DNA of 64,000 bases from positions 192,001 to 256,000 of the forward strand of contig CAVXGR010000017.1 in assembly GCA_963761335.1 (NCBI GenBank), written 5' to 3'. Below the pieces are notes generated by a model. The model ran no database searches and was not told the origin of the DNA. It saw nothing but the letters and a program-made list of their open reading frames with translations. Position 1 is the first letter of the stretch. Every line of letters begins with the position of its first letter. This document shows positions 46,311 to 54,748 of this stretch, piece after piece. Both the position numbers and the translations under genes were made by a program. The DNA is from an uncultured delta proteobacterium (lineage in GTDB: Bacteria > Desulfobacterota > Binatia > HRBIN30 > BPIQ01).

Positions 46311-47397
46311 TGTCGACCTCGGTGCCGGGAGCGGTGCAATCGACCCAGGCGCGCAGTCGCTCGCCCATGACCAGCGGCTGCGCCGCCAGCGCCGCGAGCG
46401 TGCGCGAGCCGGTCAGCAGCATTGCCGTGCGCAGCCCGTCGACGAGCTCGTCCACCAGCTCGACGGCACCGTCGATGCCGCCGCTGCGATAGGCCCGATA
46501 GACGGGTAGGGCGGCGCCGCAGAGCGTGGCGCCCAGGGCGATCGCCTTCGCCATCTCGAGCCCGCTGCGGATGCCGCCACTGGCGATGAGCTGCAGGCCG
46601 GAGCCGCGCAGCATGGCGAGTGAGGCGGCGGTGGGAATGCCCCAGGAGGCAAAGGTCTCGCCGAGACGGCGGCTGCGCGCCGTGCCGCGCAGGGTCTCGA
46701 CCCGCACCCAGGAAGTGCCGCCGGCGCCGGAGACGTCGACGGTGTGGACGCCCGCCTGGCGCAGCCGCTCGCCGACGCTGCGCGAGATGCCGCATCCGGT
46801 CTCCTTGGCGATCACCGGCATCTCGAGCTCGGCCGACAGGCGCTGCAGAGTCGCGTAGCCGTCGCGGAAGCTGCGATCACCTTCGGGCTGGATCAGCTCC
46901 TGCGCCGGGTTGAGATGCACGCACAGGCCGTCGGCTCCGACCGCGGAGACCAGCTGGCGCAGCGCCTCGGTCGCCTGCTCGCCGGCCTGATTGATGCCGA
47001 GGTTGGCGAGGATGACGGCGTTGGGTGCGAACTGGCGAACCGCGAAGGTCCAGGCGGTACGCGGCTCGCGCTGCATCACCCGCTGGCTGCCGAGGCCGAA
47101 GGCGATCTCGCAGCGCTCCGCCACTGCCGCGAGGTCGCGGTTCACGGCGAAGGCGTCGCTGGTGCCACCGGTCATCCCGGTGATCAGAAAGGGAGCGCGG
47201 AGGCGCTTGCCGAGAAACTCGACGCCGAGATCGAGATCCTCGAAGGAGAGCTCGGGAAGGGAGTTGTGGACGAAGTCCACTTCCTCGAACAGGGTGCTCT
47301 TGCCGCGGTACTCGACCTCCTCGGACTGGCAGAGATCGAGGTGGGAGCGTTTGCGCTCGCGGAGCGGGCTCGGTGGGGGTGCTTTAGGTATGGGCAA
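46300..47397 (-). CDS. fni: Type 2 isopentenyl-diphosphate isomerase
   Basis: RK..H, ITGMTGG, GSQR, HLN..QE..QPEGD, KETGCG, GGTSW; TTG start with SD AGGAG. Confidence 0.93.
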   Translation of the reverse strand: MPIPKAPPPSPLRERKRSHLDLCQSEEVEYRGKSTLFEEVDFVHNSLPELSFEDLDLGVEFLGKRLRAPFLITGMTGGTSDAFAVNRDLAAVAERCEIAFGLGSQRVMQREPRTAWTFAVRQFAPNAVILANLGINQAGEQATEALRQLVSAVGADGLCVHLNPAQELIQPEGDRSFRDGYATLQRLSAELEMPVIAKETGCGISRSVGERLRQAGVHTVDVSGAGGTSWVRVETLRGTARSRRLGETFASWGIPTAASLAMLRGSGLQLIASGGIRSGLEMAKAIALGATLCGAALPVYRAYRSGGIDGAVELVDELVDGLRTAMLLTGSRTLAALAAQPLVMGERLRAWVDCTAPGTEVDNAK

Positions 47398-48409
47398 TGT
47401 CGACTCCTGTGTCGGAGATACGGAGATCCAGTGGAGTGATCCCGGACGTGCGCCAGGCATCGCGGATGCGATCCGCCGCGTCGGCGTCGGCGGTGAGGGC
47501 AATGCCGCAGTCGCCGCCCCCGGCGCCGGACACCTTGGCGCCGGCGCCCTCGCGGCGGGCGACGGAGACCAGTCGTGCCAGCCGCGGGGTCAGCAGCGGC
47601 AGCTCGAGCTGCACGGCGAGACGCTCGAGGGCGCGGCCGCCGGCATTGAGGGCCTCGGCCGCCAGGCGGCGCTGCTCCAGGGCGGCGACGAAGCGATCGA
47701 CGGCGGCGCGGCTGGCGGCGAGGAACAGGGCGACGGCGTCGGGGTTCTCTTCTCCGGCGGCGCGGTAGCGGCGGACCAGATCGGGCGTCGACGCCGCCTC
47801 GCCGCTCCAGCCGGCGAGAAAGGCGATGCCCGCCGGCAGCGGCAGGCGCTGCGCCGCCGGGGCGGCCCCGGGGCGCGGCTGCAGAGCGAGCACGCCGCCG
47901 TAGACGCTCGCGGCGACGTCGGCGCCGCTGCCGACGTTGCCCTGGGCCTGGCGATGCGCCGCCACCGCTACCGCGTAGATGCGCTCGCGAGCCGGCGGCG
48001 CGGCATCTCGGCTGCCGGCAGCGAAGAGCGCGGCGACCACGGCCGCGGTCACCGCGGCGCTGCTTCCGAGGCCCGTCTTGGCGCCGCCGTTTTGTTGGAG
48101 ATCATTGGTGATGATGATCTCCATGCCCGCCGCCGCCAGCTGTGGCAGCTCGGCGACCGCATGGTGATAGCCGGCGAGGGCGAAGCGCAGCAGCTCATGG
48201 GGCGGCGTCGCCTGTCCTGCGGCAAACTCGACAGATGCGGCGAGCCCCGGCGCCGAGATGCAAACCCGCGAATCGCTCCGTCGCCGCAGGGTCACCTCGG
48301 CGCGGCGATCGACGGCGGCGACCACGGCGCGGCCGCCGCTGAGGATGGCGTACTCGCCGAGGACGAAGAGCTTCCCGGGAGCGCGGGCGACGATGGTGGC
48401 GGGGCTCAT
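47384..48409 (-). CDS. mvaK2: Phosphomevalonate kinase
   Basis: APGKLFVLGEYAIL, KTGLGSSAA, QG..GSGADVAAS..GG, KVSGAGGGDCG. Confidence 0.9.
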   Translation of the reverse strand: MSPATIVARAPGKLFVLGEYAILSGGRAVVAAVDRRAEVTLRRRSDSRVCISAPGLAASVEFAAGQATPPHELLRFALAGYHHAVAELPQLAAAGMEIIITNDLQQNGGAKTGLGSSAAVTAAVVAALFAAGSRDAAPPARERIYAVAVAAHRQAQGNVGSGADVAASVYGGVLALQPRPGAAPAAQRLPLPAGIAFLAGWSGEAASTPDLVRRYRAAGEENPDAVALFLAASRAAVDRFVAALEQRRLAAEALNAGGRALERLAVQLELPLLTPRLARLVSVARREGAGAKVSGAGGGDCGIALTADADAADRIRDAWRTSGITPLDLRISDTGVDIAHT

Positions 48410-49389
48410 GATCGCACCCGGGCGGCGCCTTCTCCGGGACGCGAGAGAAGCACCGCCTGAACGCCGTCGAGGCGACCGATCTCCTCGGCGAGGCGCGGGC
48501 GCCGCTCCATGGAACAGAGGATCTTCACCTGCGGGCCGGCATCGATGGTGAAGTAGGCGTCGGTTCCGCTGTCGCGCAGGCGGCGGACGCGCTCGATGAC
48601 CGCCAGCGTTGCCGGCTTCCAGTAGATGAGGGCGGGATTGCTGGCCATGCACACGGCGTGCATCTTCAGGCAGTTGTGCTCGGCGGTGCGGCCGAGGAGA
48701 TGCAGGTCGCGAGCCGCGATGGCGGCGCGCGCCGCCTCGAGATCGGCGTCGTGGCTCTCCAGCCAGGCGGGGAAGAACGGCGACTTCTTCACCGCCTGCG
48801 CCATTCCCTCGCGCGAGCCGACCGCCTTCGGGCCCGGGTCGGTGACGGCGACGACCACGCCCAGGTCCCAGTGGTCGGCCGACGCCAGCGGCACGGCGTA
48901 GGAGTCGGCGCCGTCGCTCGCCTCTCCCGGCAGCCACTCGGCCCAGCCGCCGTGAATGGAGCGCGCCGCTGACCCGGAGCCGCGGCGGGCGAGGGCCGAG
49001 AGCTCCTCCTCACCGAGCTCCAGCTCGAGAGCTCCGGCCGCAGCCAGAGTGAGGGCGGCGAAGACGGACGCCGAGGACGCCAGGCCTGCGGCGACGGGAA
49101 AATTGCTCTCGACGAGCACCTCGAGGCGGTCGCTCCGCCGGGCGCGGTGGCGCACCAGATCGAGGAAACGCGACACGCGCGCCGACTCGCGCGCCGCGGC
49201 CGCGCCGCCCTCGAAGTAGATGCGGTCCGCGCCGGGGCGATCGAGCGTCTTCACCCGGGCGGTGGTGAGGAGGCCGTCGAGCGTGACCGAGATGCTGCCC
49301 GTGTAGGGCAGGTTCAGCTCCTCATTGCGCTTGCCCCAGTACTTGACCAGAGCCACATTCGCATTCGCCCCTGCCGCCGCCTCGCTCAT
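48406..49389 (-). CDS. mvaD: Diphosphomevalonate decarboxylase
   Basis: NVALVKYWGK, SISVTL, AGLASSAS, RRGSGSAARS, SREGM, FTIDAGPQVK. Confidence 0.95.
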   Translation of the reverse strand: MSEAAAGANANVALVKYWGKRNEELNLPYTGSISVTLDGLLTTARVKTLDRPGADRIYFEGGAAAARESARVSRFLDLVRHRARRSDRLEVLVESNFPVAAGLASSASVFAALTLAAAGALELELGEEELSALARRGSGSAARSIHGGWAEWLPGEASDGADSYAVPLASADHWDLGVVVAVTDPGPKAVGSREGMAQAVKKSPFFPAWLESHDADLEAARAAIAARDLHLLGRTAEHNCLKMHAVCMASNPALIYWKPATLAVIERVRRLRDSGTDAYFTIDAGPQVKILCSMERRPRLAEEIGRLDGVQAVLLSRPGEGAARVRS

Positions 49390-49588
49390 CTTATTAACCG
49401 CCTGGTCAGCGCCATCTCGATCAAGTGCCAATGGACTACTGCAGAAGGTCGATCCTGCCTCGAAAGCCCAGGTTGAGATCGCCCTACGGGTCCTGACCGA
49501 CCGCCCTAAACCGCTCGGTCAGGCGTATAGAGCTCCGCACCTGCCTTGTCAAGATCCCATCGGCTGGGAGCGCCGCCGTCCTCGTTGG

Positions 49589-50127
49589 CGCGGGTTATCG
49601 GGCTGATCGGTTGGCGTCGCTCGATGAGGGATCGGCCGGCAGGTCTGCGCTGTTCCGTTTGCGCCCCCGTGATGTTAGCCGGGGGTTTCAGAGGCTGTCT
49701 CAAACTAGTGTAGAAGCGCCGTCCCGGCGCTTTCCGAAGCGGCGAGACGCCGCTTCTACTTTGCCCGCGGGGGCGGGCGGAAGCGTCTTGCCCCGGTCGT
49801 GGGAGAGTGTAGAAGCGCCGTCCCGGCGCTTTCCGAAGCGGCGAGACGCCGCTTCTACTTTGCCCGCGGGGGCGGGCGGAAGCGTCTTGCCCCGGTCGTG
49901 GGAGAGTGTAGAAGCGCCGTCCCGGCGCTTTCCGAAGCGGCGAGACGCCGCTTCTACTTTGCCCGCGAGCCGGCGAAAGTCGTCTTGCACAGGGTATTGA
50001 GACGGCCTCTGAAACCCCCGGCTAACATCACTGGAGCGCCGCAGGCGAGTACATCAACCCTCCTTCGGGCAGTCTCCCCGCCGAGCGACGCCAACTCCCG
50101 AGGCACGCCCAACCCGATAACCCGCGG
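49589..50127. mobile_element. Nested non-coding element: outer palindrome, 35-bp inverted repeat, internal 99-bp tandem REP array
   Basis: IR 49669-49703 / 49997-50031 with one mismatch; GTAGAAGCG units at 49710, 49809 and 49908; outer arms cgcgggttatcggg / cccgataacccgcg. Confidence 0.7.
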
Positions 50128-50232
50128 TACACATTATGGGCAGAATGGGCAGATTGTTGTGCAAGGCCTCCGATCTCCGCTATCTGTTACAGCCACATGA
50201 CAGAACGAAGCGGAAAGAGAGAATATGGAGAG

Positions 50233-52206
50233 ATGATTCGACGCGTCGCGGCTATCGCTGCCCTGTTCGCCTTGCCCCTGATGCTCGCCGCCTGCAACGG
50301 CGGCGAGAACCCGGTACCACTGCCGACCGCGACCGCGACAGTCGGGCTCACCGCCACGGTTCCCGTGGCCACGAGCACGCCCACGGTCGCCGACACCCCG
50401 ACCGCCGTCGACACGCCGACCGCCACGGCGACTGCGACCAGCACTGCGACGATACCGGCCCCCTATGCGGCACAGGTGTGCGTGGGCGCCAAGCAGTCCG
50501 CTGCCGGTGTGTACTGTCAATCGGTTCTGCAGGCGTGGGCGAGCGCCGAGACCTCGGGCGATACCTCGGCACGCGACGCGGCGATCGAGAGCGCTCGCAG
50601 CGTCCTCGAGTCGGCGTGGGCCGACGCCGAGCAAGTTTCTCTCGCTCAGGGCGCCGACTGCTCCGATCTGGCCCTCACCGCTGTCGAGGCGGCTGACATC
50701 ATCGATCCCGCGGTTCAGGACATCGCCGGCGAGATCAACGGCGGTCTCGATCTGAACAACGGCAGTCAGGCGCAGTGCGGAGCCGATCTCCTGTCGGCGA
50801 CCGCCAGCCGCTGCGATGCGGTCCTTGCTGCCGAAGGCCACCATCTCGGCAATCTCGCCGCGGACTCCGATGGCAGCATGCTCGCGGACGACAAGACCGC
50901 CGCCGAGGAATCGTTCTCGACGGCCTGGTCCGACGTCATTTCTTCCGGCTGCCCGACCACGGCGACGGAGGCCGGCATCGCCTCGGCGACCGATGATCTG
51001 GTCTCACGAGTGGTCGCGCAGACGATCGTCGCTCCGGGTGTCTCGTCCAGCGAGTACTCGACGATCTCGCCGACCGGCACCACCGAGTACCTGGGAAATC
51101 AGATCACCCCGGTGTGCATGGATGGATCGCCGTACCACTTCTTCGTACGGCGAGGCTCAGTCAACAAAGTCCTCATGTACTACCAGGGCGGGGGAGCCTG
51201 CTGGGAGGGGTTGACGTGTTCGGTGCCGACCTGCGATCCGAACGTGAATCCCGACGGCGGCGACAATCCGAACAACGTCTCCTCGGGGTTCGCCGATCCG
51301 AACAACTCCGAGAACCCGTTCCGCGACTGGAACGTGGTCTTTGTGGCTTACTGCAGCTGCGACATTCACGACGGCGACGCGGCGCAGGACTACCCGGTTG
51401 CCGGCGGAACCCTTCACGTCGAGCATCGCGGCTTCCACAACTCCCAGATCGCGGAGAAGTGGGCGCGCGAGCACTTCCTGGATCCGGAGGACATCTTTGT
51501 GACCGGCTCGAGCGCCGGCGCCTACGGCGCCTGGTTCAATTCGGTTTCACTCGAACGGGCCTGGCCGGCGTCGCACTTCGACGTCCTCGCTGACGCGGGC
51601 AACGGCGTGATCACCCAGCAGTTCCTCGACGGGCCCTTTGCCAACTGGAACTTCGAGGCGCATCTGCCGTCGGATATTCCCGGTGTCCTCGAGTCGCTCA
51701 ACAACGGGACCGGCATTCCCGGCTACACCGAGGCGGTGGCCCGGTACTTTCCACAGACGAACTGGGCACACTACGCCACCGCCTTCGACGGTGGCACTGG
51801 CGGACAGACCGGCTTCTACAGCATCATGCTCAACGACAACAATCCGATCGCGGCGCTGACCTGGTGGAACGCCAGCTGCGCCTTCAACAACGTGATGCGC
51901 ACGCAGGCGATGCAGACGGCCGCCGCCGTGCCGTCGAACTACCGCTACTACATCGGCACCGGCTCCCGGCACACGATGTGGGGGAGCGACAAGGTCTACA
52001 CCGACACCGCGGGCGGTGTGCCGACGATCGTCAGCTGGGTGGACGGCATGCTCGCCAGCGCCCCCGGAGCCCCGGATCCGCGCTGGACGAACGTCGAGTG
52101 CAACAACTGCGGTGTGCTGCTGCCGGGTGATCCGAGACCCTCGCCGCTGGCGCCGCCGTTCGAGCAGGTCGGCGACAACGTCGAGATCGTCTGCCCGCAG
52201 CAGTGA
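50233..52206 (+). CDS. Pectinacetylesterase-family lipoprotein
   Basis: LAAC lipobox, Pro/Thr linker, CMDGSPY, QGGGACW, YCSCD.H.G, TGSSAGAYG. Confidence 0.85.
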   Translation: MIRRVAAIAALFALPLMLAACNGGENPVPLPTATATVGLTATVPVATSTPTVADTPTAVDTPTATATATSTATIPAPYAAQVCVGAKQSAAGVYCQSVLQAWASAETSGDTSARDAAIESARSVLESAWADAEQVSLAQGADCSDLALTAVEAADIIDPAVQDIAGEINGGLDLNNGSQAQCGADLLSATASRCDAVLAAEGHHLGNLAADSDGSMLADDKTAAEESFSTAWSDVISSGCPTTATEAGIASATDDLVSRVVAQTIVAPGVSSSEYSTISPTGTTEYLGNQITPVCMDGSPYHFFVRRGSVNKVLMYYQGGGACWEGLTCSVPTCDPNVNPDGGDNPNNVSSGFADPNNSENPFRDWNVVFVAYCSCDIHDGDAAQDYPVAGGTLHVEHRGFHNSQIAEKWAREHFLDPEDIFVTGSSAGAYGAWFNSVSLERAWPASHFDVLADAGNGVITQQFLDGPFANWNFEAHLPSDIPGVLESLNNGTGIPGYTEAVARYFPQTNWAHYATAFDGGTGGQTGFYSIMLNDNNPIAALTWWNASCAFNNVMRTQAMQTAAAVPSNYRYYIGTGSRHTMWGSDKVYTDTAGGVPTIVSWVDGMLASAPGAPDPRWTNVECNNCGVLLPGDPRPSPLAPPFEQVGDNVEIVCPQQ

Positions 52207-52209
52207 GCC

Positions 52210-53592
52210 TTACGACGAGGCGGGTACCGCGTGATCGCCGGCGGTATCCGCCTCGCCCGCGGGGCTGCGGCGCCGCCGGCGACCGCCGCGGCGACGTGAC
52301 CGCGGGCGCGCCTCGCCCTGGGCCTCGCCCTCGGCTATAGGTTCCGGCGAGTCGTCGCTCGACATCGGCGCGGATGTGGACTCGGCGCCGCGGCTTTCGG
52401 CCGCGGCAGAGAGTTCCTCCTCGTGCCGGTGCGGTGATGGGCCGCCTTCGCTGGACAGGCGCACGCTGCCGTCGGAGCGGAGGACCACGTCCTTCATCTT
52501 GCGCAGGCGGGTCACCAGGCGCGGGGATCCCGGCGGTCGGGAAAAGCCTTCGGACTTCAGCCGATTGGCCAGCAGATCGAGCTTGATCCAGCGGCCCTGG
52601 TCGCCGCCGGCCAGCTTGCGGATGATCTCGCGAAGCTGCTCCAGGGAGGCTCCGTGCGCTTCCTCTTCGGAGCCGCTGGAGGTGTGGTGGTGCTTAGCTG
52701 GCGCGGGCTCGTCGGATGTCCGAGGCGTCTCGGTGGCGCTGACGTGCGAGGCCGTTGCCACTGTCGAGGCGCCGTTGGTCGGGCTGCGGCGGCGACGCCG
52801 CCCACCGCGGCGCGAGCGGCGGCGCGGCGCGGCTCCATCGGCTGGAGCGGCGGCGGCGACGCTGGCCGTGGTGCTGCGATGGCCGCTGCGGCAGGAGATG
52901 CGCCGGAAGATGATCCCCGCGGAGGCTGCGGCGTCGTTCACCGCGTCGAAGGCGCGATCGTCGGAGAGGATTTCGATCTGGTCGCCGGGCTCGGCCTTGG
53001 CGATCCAGCCGCCGGCGGCGACGGCGATCCACAGGTCGCTCCAGTCTCGCACCCCGGTGGCAGGGGCGCTGTGCACGAGCGAGGCGCCGAGGGCGGCCAG
53101 GCGCCTCGCCACTCCCTGAGCCACCGAGCGCCAGTTGCCCACGGCAACCACCTCCGTGGGCTGCGCCGCGCGGTCGATGTGGAGCTCGTCGAGGACGCGC
53201 ATGAGCTCGGCCTCGTGGCTGGTGTTCTCGACGTCGATGAAGATCGCCCGCCGCGCCATGCGCCGAGCGGCGACCTTCAACTGCCGCGGCTCCGCCGCCT
53301 TCGCTTTGGCTCGCGAGCTGGTCGCCGCCGCCACGGGCTTCTTCCGCGGCTTCACCGCCCGGACGCCCTTCGCGGCCCCGGTGGTCTTTGCGGCGTTCTT
53401 CGTCGCCTTGGCGAGCTTGGTGACCCGCCCGGTGCCCTTGGCGCTCTTCGCGGCCCCCTTGGCCCCCTTTGCGGCGCGCTTCGTCGCCTTGGCGCTCTTG
53501 GCGGTCGCCTTGACGCCCTTGCCGGTTCCCTTGGCGCTCTTCGCGGTTCTCTTGGCGCCCTTTGCCGTTCTGCGCTTGGTTCTGTCATCCAT
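52210..53592 (-). CDS. NYN (PIN-like) domain protein with probable LOTUS/OST-HTH domain and Lys/Ala-rich N-terminus
   Basis: IFIDVEN, GNW, SDLWI, SDDRAFD; W..LD.LAN.LK..GF.RP; AKGAK/AKSAK repeats. Confidence 0.65.
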   Translation of the reverse strand: MDDRTKRRTAKGAKRTAKSAKGTGKGVKATAKSAKATKRAAKGAKGAAKSAKGTGRVTKLAKATKNAAKTTGAAKGVRAVKPRKKPVAAATSSRAKAKAAEPRQLKVAARRMARRAIFIDVENTSHEAELMRVLDELHIDRAAQPTEVVAVGNWRSVAQGVARRLAALGASLVHSAPATGVRDWSDLWIAVAAGGWIAKAEPGDQIEILSDDRAFDAVNDAAASAGIIFRRISCRSGHRSTTASVAAAAPADGAAPRRRSRRGGRRRRRSPTNGASTVATASHVSATETPRTSDEPAPAKHHHTSSGSEEEAHGASLEQLREIIRKLAGGDQGRWIKLDLLANRLKSEGFSRPPGSPRLVTRLRKMKDVVLRSDGSVRLSSEGGPSPHRHEEELSAAAESRGAESTSAPMSSDDSPEPIAEGEAQGEARPRSRRRGGRRRRRSPAGEADTAGDHAVPASS

Positions 53593-53651
53593 ATGCCATC
53601 TCTATCGCCTGAATTGCGCCGCGTGTCGACTGCACGGCCGCCGCAGCGGTC

Positions 53652-54662
53652 TCAGACGGGCTTTCGCGCCTGGATGATCTGGGAGCCGACGATTGGCACT
53701 TCCTGAGAGAAAACGTCCGCGAAGCCAACTGCCTCGAGCATGTCGCGGTACTCCGGGAAAGTGTAGACGTCGCCGTGCCGCGTCGACGCCAGCATGACCA
53801 CGGCGAACATCAGCGCCTGGTGCCGCTGGGCCCGCTCGTCGTCCGCCACCCACTCGTGGATGGCGAGGCGCCCGCCCGGCTTGAGTGTCCGAATGAGACG
53901 TGCGGAGAGCTCGATGTTCTCTGCCTGATCGAAGTGGTGATAGAAGTGGCTGGCGATGACCAGGTCATAGCGATCCGCCGGCAGCGGCACATCGAAGGCG
54001 CTGCCGGGCAGCAGCGTGAGGCGTCCATCGAGACCGTGCTGCTCGGCGCGGAGGCGCGCCTTTTCCAGAACCGTCGGCCAATCGAGCGCCGTCAGGCGCG
54101 CCGCCGGGACGTGCTCGAGGACGGCAAAGCCATACATTCCCGAGCCGCAGGCGACGTCCAGCACCTCGAGCGGCTGCTCGCGGTCGAGACCCAGAGTGCT
54201 CGCCAGAAACATCGCCGGAATCTTCGACGTCTGCTCCGAGGCCTCTCCGAACTCGACCCAGAACTCGTGGTCGGGAACGTCGACGGCGGCCTCCGACGGC
54301 TTGCCGCTGCGCACCACCTCGGCGAGCCGGCCGATCGCGTGCCACAGCTGTGGGTTGGCGGTGATGCGCAGCATGTCACCCGCATAGGTCGGCGCGCCCT
54401 TCACCAGAAAGGCCTCGGCCGTCGCCGAGAGCAGGTAGCGGCCGCGCTCCTTGCGCAGCAGCCCCTCCGCGGTCAGCGCGTCGAGCAGGATGCGAGCGCC
54501 GCGCCGGTCGGTGCCGGTGGCGCGGGCGACCTCTTCGGCGGTGCGGCCTTCGTGGGGAAGGTGGTTGAAGACGTCGAGCTCGATGGCGGCCTTGAGGATA
54601 CCGGTCCGCAGAAAGGCGAATATGGCGCTGAAGAAGATCTCGGGGTTCGGTGCCTTGTCCAT
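53652..54662 (-). CDS. SAM-dependent O-methyltransferase with dimerisation domain
   Basis: LKAAIELDVF, LDVACGSG, D.P.V, HHF, LKPGG. Confidence 0.9.
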   Translation of the reverse strand: MDKAPNPEIFFSAIFAFLRTGILKAAIELDVFNHLPHEGRTAEEVARATGTDRRGARILLDALTAEGLLRKERGRYLLSATAEAFLVKGAPTYAGDMLRITANPQLWHAIGRLAEVVRSGKPSEAAVDVPDHEFWVEFGEASEQTSKIPAMFLASTLGLDREQPLEVLDVACGSGMYGFAVLEHVPAARLTALDWPTVLEKARLRAEQHGLDGRLTLLPGSAFDVPLPADRYDLVIASHFYHHFDQAENIELSARLIRTLKPGGRLAIHEWVADDERAQRHQALMFAVVMLASTRHGDVYTFPEYRDMLEAVGFADVFSQEVPIVGSQIIQARKPV

Positions 54663-54732
54663 GAAGTCCTTGTAGCACCGCGACGAAAAGCCGCAATTGT
54701 GCACCTTTGTTTCCGCGCCCCCCGCCGAAAGG

Positions 54733-54738
54733 TATAAT
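54733..54738 (+). promoter_or_regulatory. Candidate -10 box for uvrC
   Basis: Perfect TATAAT 10 nt upstream of the GTG, in a short divergent intergenic region. Confidence 0.45.
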
Positions 54739-54748
54739 CCTCCGCTCC

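Noticed and set aside
49710..49966. CRISPR array
   Set aside because: The intervening sequences are identical, the period is 99 bp and no cas genes are present.
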